DNA of 63,650 bases, counting the filler, from Octopus bimaculoides (lineage: Eukaryota), in assembly GCF_001194135.2 (NCBI RefSeq). It is 6 parts of 6 records of this genome, joined end to end, with 100 filler letters (N's around TTAATTAATTAA, not from the genome) between each part and the next. Parts side by side here need not be neighbours in the genome. Positions count along the whole stretch, not along the records: positions 22,105 to 48,767 come from NC_068985.1; positions 48,868 to 58,392 come from NC_068991.1; 4 more parts are not named here. The stretch is one strand, 5' to 3'. Position 1 is the first letter of the stretch, and every line of letters starts with the position of its first letter. Of the stretch, positions 41,793 through 55,727 are shown one piece after another. The notes below the pieces were generated by a model. It saw only the letters and a program-made list of their open reading frames with translations, made no database searches and was not told the origin of the DNA. A program made the position numbers and the translations under genes.

Positions 41793-43644
41793 NNNNNNNN
41801 NNNNNNNNNNNNNNNNNNNNNNNNNNNNNNNNNNNNNNNNNNNNNNNNNNNNNNNNNNNNNNNNNNNNNNNNNNNNNNNNNNNNNNNNNNNNNNNNNNNN
41901 NNNNNNNNNNNNNNNNNNNNNNNNNNNNNNNNNNNNNNNNNNNNNNNNNNNNNNNNNNNNNNNNNNNNNNNNNNNNNNNNNNNNNNNNNNNNNNNNNNNN
42001 NNNNNNNNNNNNNNNNNNNNNNNNNNNNNNNNNNNNNNNNNNNNNNNNNNNNNNNNNNNNNNNNNNNNNNNNNNNNNNNNNNNNNNNNNNNNNNNNNNNN
42101 NNNNNNTTTAACAGCAGTTTGACTCAGCTCCACATTACTCAAAGTTTTATACTAGGATGCCCTCCAAATATCTCAGAGATGGATATGTTTTACACATCCA
42201 AGAAACTTTAAGACACATGGAGCTCAGTGAAAAAGTTAGAAAAATATATATTACCCCTACCAAATGTATTGAATGCTACTTCTTTCAGCTATTCATTCAC
42301 ACATGTGTATAATGTGTGTGTATATATATTTATACATATACATATGTGTGTGTGTGTGTTATTATATTTTATATTTTTAGATATATAAAAATTACAGACA
42401 TTGACAGAACAGAAGATGCAGTGCATTCATATGCTTAAAGCGGAATATTTTGATTTCCATGTTTCACCGTTACAGAGTAGTACTTGAATATAACAATCAA
42501 CAATATTAGAATATACATGTACAGACACGTTCACACACACGCGCACACACACATGCACACACACACACATGCACACACACATGCGCATGTGCGCACAAAC
42601 TCGCACCCGCGCACACACGCGATCACACATACACCAGAGAACAAAAGCGCACACACGCACAGACACACGCATATGGCTGTTTAGATGGTAGCACTAAATA
42701 TTTTCAATAAAACTAAAGAAACTATTCTGATAACTTTTGAATAGCTAATATTATCTGTTGATGCAAAATATATATATTCAAGATCCCTCTGTGGCATCTG
42801 ATTGGTTGTTTTTTTTTTTTTAACAGATGTTTTGAGAATATACACACCACATAGAAATACTATGAAATTATACATATAAACGTATATGGATGAGTATATN
42901 NNNNNNNNNNNNNNNNNNNNNNNNNNNNNNNNNNNNNNNNNNNNNNNNNNNNNNNNNNNNNNNNNNNNNNNNNNNNNNNNNNNNNNNNNNNNNNNNNNNN
43001 NNNNNNNNNNNNNNNNNNNNNNNNNNNNNNNNNNNNNNNNNNNNNNNNNNNNNNNNNNNNNNNNNNNNNNNNNNNNNNNNNNNNNNNNNNNNNNNNNNNN
43101 NNNNNNNNNNNNNNNNNNNNNNNNNNNNNNNNNNNNNNNNNNNNNNNNNNNNNNNNNNNNNNNNNNNNNNNNNNNNNNNNNNNNNNNNNNNNNNNNNNNN
43201 NNNNNNNNNNNNNNNNNNNNNNNNNNNNNNNNNNNNNNNNNNNNNNNNNNNNNNNNNNNNNNNNNNNNNNNNNNNNNNNNNNNNNNNNNNNNNNNNNNNN
43301 NNNNNNNNNNNNNNNNNNNNNNNNNNNNNNNNNNNNNNNNNNNNNNNNNNNNNNNNNNNNNNNNNNNNNNNNNNNNNNNNNNNNNNNNNNNNNNNNNNNN
43401 NNNNNNNNNNNNNNNNNNNNNNNNNNNNNNNNNNNNNNNNNNNNNNNNNNNNNNNNNNNNNNNNNNNNNNNNNNNNNNNNNNNNNNNNNNNNNNNNNNNN
43501 NNNNNNNNNNNNNNNNNNNNNNNNNNNNNNNNNNNNNNNNNNNNNNNNNNNNNNNNNNNNNNNNNNNNNNNNNNNNNNNNNNNNNNNNNNNNNNNNNNNN
43601 NNNNNNNNNNNNNNNNNNNNNNNNNNNNNNNNNNNNNNNNNNNN

Positions 43645-43681
<37 letters not shown>

Positions 43682-46144
43682 CATATATATATATATATGT
43701 ATGTATATTCATGTGTACATATAGACATGTACATACATATATGTATGTATGTATTTATATGTATGTATGTGTATCTTTTGCTTCAGCTTTTTTCCTTCTG
43801 TGAGATGAAAAGCAGTGGTGTGACAAATATATCATTCAGCAAACCAGCAAACCAAAGTATTTACATAATTTAGTAATAACATTGTGATTTGTGAGTTCAA
43901 TTCCTGGTAGGGTCTGCTATACTTTTCATTTCTCTAGAAGCAATAAAATAAAATTCTACCCACATAATGGTAATGGGTAATCAGAACCATCATTACACTT
44001 GCCCTGCATGTTTCTTGGTCTTATGCCAAAGTAAAAAAATAAATAAGAAAATAAATAAATATATTTCCAGCAATTGGTAAATGCAGTCTTAAATGAAAAT
44101 ATGTTTTTAAATGCACTTATCACTGCTGAACAACTGGTACATTTCACCATGGACCAGAGACAGCCTGGAGCTAGAATCAAGGGAAAAAATCTTATGAACA
44201 TGTTTATTAATAAAACAGGTTGTAGTAGAATAACCTCTCAGAATGAGAAAATATTTTGTAACCTGACTGGCCTCGTATTTTTGTTGATGTTGTTATTCAT
44301 GTTAGGTATCTTCACTTATTTCTGCTTGAATACATGACACATGTCCATGGAGGTGGTTAAACAAGTAATCCAAGAGCAATCTAAGAGCCAACAATCAAAG
44401 ATTCTTTCTCTTTAGTTTGCTCATAGTTTTTTTCTTTATTCTTTATGTCATCCTGCTTTATAAGTGTAAAAGTTGTTGTTGTAAAATTGATTTCTTTCTT
44501 GGTTGAGGCGACAAAATGTGGGACATTGTAAGGAATTGTGCTTTTTCCCAAAATGTAAAAGATTTATGAAACAGCGTAAAATATTTCTCAACCACCGATA
44601 GAACCTGCATTTTTACGGTCACTAAATGTGCATTTTATCTTCTTCTCTACGTCACTCATCATATGCTGTGAGAGTATTAATTTCTTTTTACTAGAACAAA
44701 AGCTTTATATTTTTGAGTAGCCAGTAAATATGAAGTTAAGACATTCATGCATTTCACAAGAATATTAGCAGTGTAAGTAATGTGAACAATTTTCCATCCA
44801 TGTTTGAAACTGATTTGCAGTCTTGTTTGATTCCATTGGTTTCTTTTTTTTTTTTTTTGGCATTTTTTTCTTTCATTCTTATATCCTCACCGTATGTTGT
44901 TTTGATATTTAGAGCTTAAATCTTATGGAAGGGAGTTTGTGAAAGGAAATTTAGGATGATTATATTGAACAAGTCAAATGACAATAAAGAAGCTCTCTCT
45001 CGCTAACTTGTGACCAAAGTTGAATAAACTGGGAGTAGAAATGGATAAATAGCAACATAACCACCATTTTGAATTAAGTGTGGTGAGTGAAGGAATTGTG
45101 TTAATTCTATGAGATGTGAAACAGTTAGAATGATCTGGTGTTAGTATCAAGTAGTATTGCCACTAATGAATTAAAAGAGCTGGAGGCAGAAGCAATGAAC
45201 AAGCAATGCAATTAACAGAGAGGAGGCAGAAATAATATCCAGAGAGGAAACCGTAGTTAATTAGTCCCATGTCAGTCCTGATCAAAGGTTTTCATCTGTG
45301 ACCATCCTATTTTATTTAGATATAATGTATCTAAGACTAATAACTTTAGGAGTGATGTATTAATACTGTATGTCAAATACCCAAAGCTCTTAATTATTGG
45401 AAAATTTCCCTCTTAGTTGGGCACAGAAAAGAATATTCTGACAGCAATAGTTAGTGACTCTCAAAGTAAAAGGGGAGATAATTGCATGAAACTGGTTTCA
45501 AATTTTGACACAAGGCCAGGAATTTGGTGGTGGGGGGGTGCTAGCCGATTACATTGACCTCAATGGTCAATTGGTACTTAATTTATTGAGCCCTCAAAAA
45601 GATGAAAAACAATTTGAACCCAGAATGTGCAGACAGACGAAATGCCACTAAGCATTTTGCCTGGCGTGCTAACGATTTTGCCAGCTTGCCACCTTATAAT
45701 TGCAAGAAATTAAGAAGCAATCGCTTAAGGTTGATTTACATGGTTAGGGAAAAGCCTGATTATAGTTTATATCTGTTTGCTTTTTGAGATTTTTAAGACT
45801 GCAGGGTATTTGCGGGGTGGCTTGTTATCTTTAGCAGGTAAAATACCCGTCCACGTTTCAGCTTTTGTGTGACCAACATATTGAGAAAGTCACAAGGAAT
45901 ATATACGGAGAAATACAGGATACAAGATTCATTCTGAATATATTAAAAGGAGAGTTTGGATAACTACAGCAAGGAGGAGCCAACTCAACATATGAATGTA
46001 GGGAGACTAGATAGGTGAGGGCTAACTAGAGGGGGGAGGAGGAGAGCAAGAGGGTCTCACAAACATTGAAATATATATTGACACACATGTTTGAAGTTGC
46101 TCATACTACTATGGTGTTGATTATACATGTTGTATTTGCTGCTA

Positions 46145-46146
46145 TT

Positions 46147-46180
<34 letters not shown>

Positions 46181-46640
46181 CAGCAGCAGCAGCAGCAGCA
46201 TCAGTAGTAGTAGTAGTAGTGATGATGGTAGAAGTAGAGGTATTGGTGTTGTGGGTGTGGAGGGAAGTGGTGTTGCAGTTAGTGCTGTATTTGTTCTGTT
46301 GTATAGGTTGGATTAACTGTACTAGTGGTGTTGCAACGTTATTACGTAGGTGACAGTATTAGTAGTTGGGTTACTGTATAGTAGCTCAGTCATTGTGTAA
46401 GCGGTAGTTTTAGTGGTGAAGTTGTAGTCTTAATGATTGTGTTAATGGTGATGCTTCAGTGCTCTATAGGTCTTAGTCTGGCGGTTGAGTTGGTGTAGTA
46501 GTTCTGTTATCGTATTGGTCATAGTTTTAGAGGTTACGTTAATGGTCTTGTATAATTGATAGTTTTAATGATCGTGTTACTGCTTTTTTGAGGTTTAGGT
46601 GATAGTTTTAGTAGTTGTTTGTTGGTCATGTCTTTGGTGA
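46145..46640. repeat. (GTA)n/(GCA)n microsatellite and degenerate G/T-rich low-complexity tract
   Basis: Directly visible; lies just 3' of the SYT17 stop codon on the minus strand. Confidence 0.8.
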
Positions 46641-46810
46641 CATATGTTACTAAGATAGCTTAAGCAGAGAGAGAGAGAGAAGGTGAAGGAGAGAGGAAAA
46701 GAGAGAGTGTATGTATATATGCGTGTGTGTGTTTTAGTCTATTTGTGTATATATAAATCAGTATGATTTCTGGACGTGCAATTGCAAACAGTTTCAATGT
46801 CTCCTAAGTC

Positions 46811-47163
46811 TCAAGGAACAGCAATCGATGCAGCTGAGACGGCATCACATTCTTGGCGCGTGCGCAGCGAATGCCACTGAGCGATGGCCGAACGCTGTGA
46901 CTGTACCATACGAGACCAGTGCGTAATTTCATGCGGACCTGTAGCCATCTTACCGAGAACGATACGTCCAACGAAATCGTCCTTGCTCTTCGAGTTATAA
47001 TCCCACACGGACACAACTAGGCTTGCATTCGCCAGTTGACGGGGCGATACGTTGAAGTTGATCGACTCATTGAAAACTGGGTCAATTGTATTTTTTTTGC
47101 AGGTAGTTTTCTTACATTTTATGATCTTGTCATTGATGGTCAGAGTTACCTTCACAAATGGAT
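46811..47163 (-). CDS. SYT17: Synaptotagmin-17 (B/K protein) terminal coding exon, C2B domain
   Basis: tttacgcag|(D)PFVKVTLTINDKIIKCKKTTCKKNTIDPVFNESINF...DDFVGRIVLG...HWSRMVQSQRSAIAQWHSLRTRQECDAVSAASIAVP*. The tail matches the SYT17-specific QWHSLRSRAECDRVSPASLEVT. Stop TGA at 46811-46813. Confidence 0.93.
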
Positions 47164-47407
47164 CTGCGTAAAGAAAAAAGAAAATAGAAAAAGGTACAAT
47201 GTTTATACAGAAATGAATTGCCTGCTGAAAAATGCACAGCACCGGAATGGAAAAGGATATGAACAGTAAACACTCATGAAGTGAAAATACAAAGGTATGT
47301 AAGTGACAGTCTAGTGCTTATATGTGTGAAAATCTGAAATAAATAAAATTTAGATAGAAGTAGTATAAAAATATATGAGTTACATTTTTTAATGTATCCC
47401 AGCATAG

Positions 47408-47570
47408 CACTAGCGTAGCTAGGGTGTGTGCCACACGGGGCGGCCCTTCCGTTTGCCGCTCCAGGACCCACAAAAAAACACATATTGCCTACAGCAGACC
47501 TAAAAGTACTGCCCCTTTAAAAGTGCCGCCTACTTTAAAAGTGCTCCTACCGACCCTACCTACACTAGTG
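47408..47570. mobile_element. hAT-like MITE
   Basis: TIRs cactagcgtagctagggt / cactagtgtaggtagggt; 8-bp TSD cagcatag/cagcattg; body shared with the 22.6-kb copy (catattgcctacag, taaaagtgccgcc). Confidence 0.7.
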
Positions 47571-47659
47571 CAGCATTGTATAGTCACAACTCACTGGCTG
47601 GAAACTGTGTTAACCTCTACAGTTAAAGCCACGATGAGAAAAGCCGAGGATAATCCTGG

Positions 47660-48262
47660 AGTACTGGTGGAATGTCCCAGAGAAAACTTCAATAAAATGC
47701 AAAATAATGGACCAGATATAGTGATTTAGGACAGAGAAGAGAAACTGTGTACAGTCGTGGAAATCAGCTGCCTAGCAGATGTAAACATAAAGCTAGTGAA
47801 AAAGAAAACACCTACGCTTAATTATTGAGAAATCTACAGTTACTCTACCCGAATTACACTTTCAGGTTTATATTTGTGATTATTGGAGTACTGGACAATG
47901 TAACACATTGCCTAAATACCAATCTTGAGAAATTCGGCTTCTCAAAACCAGAAAGGAGAAAGCTGATTCGAAAACTACAGATCCAAATCATCAACGGAAC
48001 TGTAAAAATCTGTAAAACTTTCTAGAAGTTTAGCATTTAATTGTATACGCGCATGTCTAGACGTGCAAATAAGTGCACGAAAATACATACATAAAAGAAA
48101 ACATTCAAACCTACATATGCACTGACTCCAAATACGGAACATATACACAGATACATGCACAAAAACGCTGTTGTTGAAACCCCGATGAAGGAACCTTGAA
48201 TCTTGGTTAGAAACCGGCTCTTTCTCTATTGGCAAGAAATCTTGAAATAAAACTGAATGACA
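47660..48262 (+). mobile_element. R4/Dong-like LINE 3' end (RLE domain plus 3' UTR)
   Basis: NNGPDIVI*DREEKLCTVVEISC ... LRNLQLLYPNYTFRFIFVIIGVL...LIRKLQIQIINGTVKICKTF*, then a ~230-bp UTR ending at a (TACA)n microsatellite. Confidence 0.8.
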
Positions 48263-48896
48263 TACATACATGCATACATACATACACCTACATACGAGGA
48301 GGTACCCCAAAGAAACCAAAATATTGCAATATTATTTTATTCATTTGAGAATTTAAAATCACTTCTTTAACTTTCTAAAAGACATCTCAACGCTTCTAAA
48401 AGCAAACTTCGTTTGTTTATTTACGTTTGTCGTAATTTGAATTTAACATATGACAGCGTCTCATAAAACGAGATTTATATATCTTAATTTGCAGAAGAAT
48501 TTGTAGTGGGTAGCTTAGCTTAATCGGTCAAAGCATCGTGACATGTAATTACGGGGATGTGAGTTCAAGTCCACAGCTAGCCATTTGCAATTTTCTCTGC
48601 AAAATAGGGATAGTTTATCCTGTTCAGGCTATATCATTTGTATTATTCTGCGATTGAGAATTTAAAATCACTTTTTTATTCATTTAGTTTTACATCTCTA
48701 TACTTTTATCGCCTTCAAAGTATTCTTCATTTGAAGCAATTCATTGGTCCAGATGCGTTTTCCACTTNNNNNNNNNNNNNNNNNNNNNNNNNNNNNNNNN
48801 NNNNNNNNNNNTTAATTAATTAANNNNNNNNNNNNNNNNNNNNNNNNNNNNNNNNNNNNNNNNNNNNTACATATATATATAGCAACGATATATGTG

Positions 48897-48928
<32 letters not shown>

Positions 48929-49867
48929 TGTATGTATATATATGTATATATATATGTATATATATATGTGTGTGTGTATGTATATATGAATGTATATATA
49001 TGTGTACATGTATGTATATGTATGTATGTATATATGTGTGTGTATACATATGTATATGTCTATATATATATGTATGTATATATGTGTGCATATATATGTA
49101 TGCATGTGTGTGTGTATATATATATATGTATGCATGTGTGTGTGTCTATATATATGCATGCATGTGTGTGTGTGTGTGTATCAATATATAGTACTTTTAT
49201 ACACTGCATTGTAATAATATAATAATCTTTAGGATGACTTTACAAATAGCAAACTTTGTGCAACAAAACCTTCAGAATCTGATCCAATGTTGCTGTAGAA
49301 GTGAATTCCATTTATTTCAGTAGAACTACCAACAACACAAAGTTTTGGTTCAATAGAGCAAAAACTTTCTTCCTTGTATTTTAACCTTTCTCAGCCATAA
49401 TACTAACAAACTACACTACCTATGTGCTGTAATCCATTTTGAAAATAATTATTAATTTGGAAGAATATAAAAAGATTGATAAAATGATTTTGTTTTCATC
49501 AGACTGATGTTTGGAACACAGCTGAACAAAAAGGTTTTTAGATAACATTTAAATAAGGACTCTTCATACTGATAAGTTCTGTATCATAGAACTAGTTGCA
49601 ATCTCAAGGTAGTTAATACTGGTTTCAAATTTTGGTACATGGCCAGCAATTTAAGGGAAGGGGATATGTCAATTACATTGACCCCTTATTTTATTGATCC
49701 CCAAAAGGATGAAAGGCAAAGTCAACCTTGGTGGAATTTGAATTCAGAACATAAAGATAGACAAAATGCCACTAAGTATTGTCTGCCCGGCATGCTGATG
49801 ATTCTGTTAGCTTGCCACCTTTGAGCTAGCTCATAGTGAAAGGGGCTGAAATAAGATCTTAATTTTA

Positions 49868-50621
49868 CAAGGTGGTATCAAAAGGTTCCCAGACTAGGTC
49901 TGTAGCATGCCAACAGATGGCAGCACATGGTTGCATGCACAGTGTGAGCTAGCAATGACCTTCATGAGGCAGTGTGTTGAGTGACATCACTGTGTTTACT
50001 TCACAAGTTGTGAAATATGTTTTTGTGATGACATGAATGCTGTAGTCTGCGATTTTGTCATGGACAGGAACAAAGAGCCAAGATAATGAGCAATCTGAAA
50101 GACCTGCCATGAGTGTCAACCCCAAAATGTGGTATTGTGCATTGAGAATTCTTCCCCCAAAGCCAGACCATCAATCAAGAATTCTACTGCAATGTTTTAA
50201 AGCATTTGAGACAGGACATCCAGCGAAAGTGACTAGATCTGTGGGGCATGAAGAATTTGATCCTTCACCAAGTTCTCCTCACTCATGAGTTTCTCACTAA
50301 AAACAGCATGGTATCACTTCTGCACTCGCCCTATTCACCAGATTTAACACCTGTGGACTTCCATCTCTTCTCCAAGATGAAGATGCAGCTCAAAGGTCAC
50401 CATTTTAACACCAGTGTCGAGATCCAGAGCAAATTGCAGAAGGTCCTCAGCTTGCTTGTGGGAAATGACTTCCAGACCGGATTCCAAAAATGGTAGGAAT
50501 GCTGGGACCAGTGTGTTGCTGTGCAAGGTGACTATTTTGAAGGAAATGATTTTAAAACTTAGGTAAACAAGTTATTTTTTATAAAACATAACTAGTCCAA
50601 GAACCTTTTAATACCACTTCG
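49868..50621 (+). mobile_element. Decayed, internally deleted mariner element
   Basis: TA-flanked TIRs (caaggtggtatcaaaaggttcccagactag / cgaagtggtattaaaaggttcttggactag); transposase C-terminal remnant PYSPDLTPVDFHLFSKMK...FQKW*ECWDQCVAVQGDYFEG. Confidence 0.9.
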
Positions 50622-51810
50622 TAGCTCTTTGACAGAACAATCCTTGCTATAATTATATGAAGTAGTAACTACTATAAAATATTAGTAGCAGATGTGATAT
50701 GTTAAAGGGTTAACTTGTTATCAGCAAGATTTACAATCAAAATGGCTGTAATGATATAGTGCTGTGGGCCTAAAGAAGTAGTTTTTTCAAAAATTGATTT
50801 GATCTGGAAAAGACTGTGCTAATGGCCTTTGTTGGCCTAATCTTGATCAAACATACAATGACCACACCCATCTTTTTTCTGACATAGTGTATCTAAGAGC
50901 ACATTATCTAAAGATTCATTAGATATTATAGTCCTAGACATAATACAACTGAAAAAAGATGGGGTGGTTATGAATATAAATACACTGGCAGCTTGGAAAA
51001 AATAAGTGGAAGATCAGAGCAGAAGTTAGCTGGATACAATTGTTTTCTTACTTTTAACTTCAAAGATAAAATTCACCTTTACAGGATTTAATTATTTTTT
51101 CTCATTTCGACACTGATTGAATGGGACATTAATTGGATTGGATACAAACTTTTCTAATCAATTCATTAATATCCTACATCAGTTTTAACTTTTTCTTTTT
51201 ACAATCTAATTTCCAAACCAGGAGTCTGGTTTATTTTATTTCTGTTCCAGCTGTTATGAAAACAATGATTTGAGACGACTAACTTTATTGATACTATTGT
51301 AATTTTTGCAACTATAAACCTCATCTTTAAGTATGGTAAGTTTATTTAGTGTCTACATCTACACTATGAAAGCAGTACTCCAGCAAGGTGTTAGGCAAAA
51401 TAGCTTTAAAGATAAACTAAAAAAACTATGTTTCAATCACTTTGATCTCTAATCATCACGAAGTGTCTCTGAATCCTAAATATGTTAAACTAATAGTTGT
51501 AGTATTGCTGCTATTAGTTTCAATTAACTAAACTTGGACATTTGATTATTGACTACAATAGAGTGTCTGAGTTGATATAATGACTGAATGACTAGAGGCA
51601 GAGGTTTCAGAGACATGAAAATTGTTTTGCTAAAGTAAATATGAATCATATTTTGGGAATGATTCAAGTAATTATACTCATTCACTTATGTAAACTGGAC
51701 TTGTATTTTGTCAAAAGAAACTATTAACCAGCAACTTCTTTACATTAAGTGCATGTATCTCTTTTGTATTTACCTTTTGCATCATTCACAACAGACTTTT
51801 CAGTTTTAGT

Positions 51811-51950
51811 AAAGTTTGTGCCAGATGGGTTTCAAAGCAACTCACAGAACTGCAGAAACAAAATTGTTGTTTGAAATCTGCCAACATCTTAGGGATCATC
51901 TTTGTAATGGAGGTGACTCTTTCTTGAAAAAAGATCACCATTGGTGGCAA
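51811..51950 (+). pseudogene. Mariner transposase fragment
   Basis: KVCARWVSKQLTE (WVPxxL motif), then frameshifted EICQHLRDHLCNGGDSFLKK. Confidence 0.7.
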
Positions 51951-52095
51951 TTTTTCATAAGTGCCTTAGGGATATTCAATGACTTGCTTTTATATTTTAA
52001 ACAGTTATGTGTGTCTGAGAGTGAGCTAGATTTTGTGTGTGAATGTTATGCACTTATATCAACTGATGTAAGTGATGACATTAGTTAGACTTAAC

Positions 52096-52156
<61 letters not shown>

Positions 52157-52839
52157 TGGTGACAAAAGAATCTGAGAAAACTGATGAAGGCTTGTGTCAG
52201 CAAACACACAGTTATAATAAAATCAGTATACATGCCATGGTAAGTTGTGAATTCTCTTGACAAAAAAATAGCTCTGTTTGTTATGTCCAAACTCCTCTTT
52301 TCTTGCAGCACAAACTTATATTCTGTGAATAAGATAGGCTGTATATATATAAATGTGGATCTACATGCATGTATATAAGTGTGCATGTGTGCATACAAAT
52401 TGAAGAAGATATATATGCTTTTTGTGATGACTAATAAACCCCCAAAATCTAAGTTATAGAATCTGAAGGTAATTAATTATACAGCATAATTACCATATTT
52501 TTTCAAAAGGAGGAAAAATAAGGTTTGGTGAAAATTCTTTTGATTTTTGGCAGACAAATTAGTTTTAAGCAAACATTAGAGGTAACAGCAGCTGTTAGTA
52601 TGGGTGGGTAACTCCTTATGGCAATTATTGTATTGAGAAACTATGTAAAGTTAGTGTAGAAAACATATTACTGATCCATTAAGTTCATATTTAGTTTCTA
52701 TAGAAGCAGTGTTGTAAGCTGTGTCAGTTAATAAACCAGGTAACAAGATAAGCAAGGGATATCTGCTTGGATATTATTTGTGCATAGTTATGCGAGTGCA
52801 CCCAATATTCACAGAATGGTGTGTTGGATTAGAACTTAC

Positions 52840-53074
52840 TCAGAATCTGATGAGAGATTTCCATTGTGTGCAATAATTTGGATATTGGATCTATCTTTGA
52901 ACTGAAGTTCATCAGGTGATGTCAGGTTGGATGGTTTTCGAGGAGAGCTCAGTATACTCCTGGGAGGATTTTGGAGTCTATCTCTGAAAGTGGAAGGTTC
53001 TGTTGAGGGAGTATCTTTGAAAGTAACCATTGGACCTGTTGTCCGGTACTCATTTGAAATGTAGTCGCGGCTTC
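52840..53074 (-). CDS. Candidate internal coding exon, gene unassigned
   Basis: Pyrimidine-rich acceptor gtttattgttcttag| and consensus donor GA|gtaagt bracket 77 open codons (SRDYISNEYRTTGPMVTFKDTPSTEPSTFRDRLQNPPRSILSSPRKPSNLTSPDELQFKDRSNIQIIAHNGNLSSDS). Non-repetitive sequence; no homolog recognised. Confidence 0.5.
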
Positions 53075-55685
53075 CTAAGAACAATAAACACCAAAGACAT
53101 TCACAATAATTACATAAACAAATGATTAACAAACATGCAAAAGAAAGTATACAACATAGAAAATAAAGAGACATGAAGCAGGCGTTTCTCAGTGGTGTTT
53201 GGAGTTTAAATTAGATAACTGATACTGCTTTTTTTTTTCTAAAAAAAAGGTTAAAATAAAAAAATAAAATAAGCAAATGATTTTTTTTTTTTAATCTGGA
53301 AAAGAATAATACCAGAATAACACAAAACAACAACAACAAACAAGCAATAACAAAAATGTGAAATTTGAGTTTAAGATGATTTTTTTTCTTCTCTAAGTCT
53401 TCAGGTAGGTTTTATCACCTTTCCATCCACTACATCTCTACACATGCATTTCCCTAGAACTAAGTATATTTTCTCTTCGCAACTAAATGAGTTAAATCTC
53501 ATCAAGTTATATCTTCACCCTATTTGAAGTGAACTTAAAAAGACCATGAGTATTCTCTTTCCAACTTCAAATGTACTTATAAAAGAATGTCTTGAAGAAA
53601 TTTATTAGCTTCAGCATTAGAATAATGGTACCAACAAAAGTAAATAACATTTCTCCCACTGGGTATTATGAGGAATAGTTATATTAGATAAGAACAGGCA
53701 GTGCCCTAGCACGACTGCAGTCTAATGACTGAAACAAGTGAAAGATAAAAGATAAAGATATATTTTTCTTTCTATAGGAAAGTATAAATGTTAAGTTGGA
53801 GTATTAATTCATTTCCTTTAATGAATTAACTAAGAATTAAAACTGTTTTTCTTAGAAAAAATCTACCTGTTGTTTATTATGGTATGTTCTATCCCCAGTA
53901 AAGTGATGGAATATATTTTTATCAATTCTCTTAGCATAATAAAAATTGGTCAGCTCATGACTACATGCCATAAACAATCTTGGAGGTCATCTATCATACA
54001 TGATATAATCAATGTTCCAATATTAATTGTTTCTAATTTAGGTGGAAGGCCAACAACTTTCATAATGGGATTAGCTGATACCATTAATCAGTCAGAACAT
54101 TTGATACTTCAAATGAGTTCTTAAATGAGAAAAAAAGAGAAATACTCATTGTTAGGTGAGAGGAAGCTTTCTTGACAGAAGGGTACTGAGAAAGAGCTTG
54201 AAGAGCCGACAGCTTGTAATCCACAAGTATATGAGAGGGAAGAGAATGCCACATTGTGATTCTCAGAATAAAAGGTAGTATATGCTATTTGTCTTTGATT
54301 TGAAGGGATAATTAGAGTATGGCTCTTAAAAAGCTTGTAGAATGTAAAACGGCTGGGCTCATATGGTAATGCTAACATACAATAGACGATAGCTCATTAT
54401 AGAAAAACATAAACTATATCTGCAGCTAAAAGAAAACCTAAATGGAATTAATGGATGTTACTGACATGAATATGTCATAAAAAATACAAAAAAACAAAGA
54501 TCCATTCTTTCATGGCATGACAGTGCCAATTGTAGTAAACTTTAATTTTTTTAACTACATACACTTCATTAATGTCCTATGGTGTACTATCTTTCAAACA
54601 ATTCCTATATTTGCATAGATGAAAAGAACATTTCTTTTCTTGACACTGTGAATGAGAAGTGTCAATTAACTTAATCTTTTACAGTATTTCCATTCAGTTT
54701 ACTTAAATATTTCTTAATACAATCAAAATTTTGGAAAGTTTTAATAAAATGTCTATAACTTTACACATTGATATTGTATACCATTGGTGTTGACCAATTG
54801 AAATTTCATAACATTATTCATAATACAATGAGATTTTTTATCAACATTTTAATTTAAATATGAACACTTCAGTATCTGCTGCCTCAGGATGGTTGGTGCT
54901 AATTAGTAGAAAGTTACAGTTTAGGAGAGAGAAGAAAAAAAAAAAAAAAAAAGAGAGAACTTAGAAACTTCTGAGATAAAACGGGATGTGGAATCAATCC
55001 TTTTGAGTCCATATTTTGATTTCTTTCCCAAATACAAACACAGGAGTAAAAAAAACAAAAGCTACAACAAATACATGCAAAATAACAACGAAACGCCAAA
55101 ACTTCAGAGTACTTCTTTTTTCATTTCTTTTTTCTTTTTTGAAAATGTAATTTATCGATTTATTTATTCTTTTTTGTTCAAAATCATATTTATATTATAT
55201 TATTTTGTTTTTGCACAACTCTCATTTTAAGACAATATTGTAAACATAGCAATTGACAGAAGCAACCAGAAATAAGTGAAGAGACACAAAGAGTATCGTG
55301 AGTGGGGAAGGAAAGGGTTATGTCACATGTCACAAGATTTAATGAACTGGAATGTATGAGCTGAAATGAATTCAATTTTTTAATTTTCAACATGTCTAAA
55401 ATGCTAAAAAATCTACTTCATGCCAATCACGTTGAAAGTGTTGCTGCTGATGAGGATGACAGTGGTGGTGGTGGTGGTGATAACAGTAATAGGTGCATAG
55501 TTGTTGAAACTGCTGAAGTGTAATCCTTTTCTTTGTTTCAATAGAGAATCTTGAAAATTTTCCAAACATTTTCATGATAAGAAAGCATGGGTAAATGTGA
55601 ATTACAGAAAGAAAACTATTATATAAAGCTGTGAGTGTGTGTGTGTGCATACATGCACACACACATGCATGCACGCACACGCGCA

Positions 55686-55727
<42 letters not shown>

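Noticed and set aside
52181-52210. Other CTGATGA hits (4604-4610 minus, 5288, 30209, 37489, 52181, 52845, 55446)
   Set aside because: None has a stem II followed by GAAA and an NUH site with a matching stem I.
54121-54378. Overlapping open frames on both strands
   Set aside because: Splice signals are ambiguous and neither peptide resembles a known domain.
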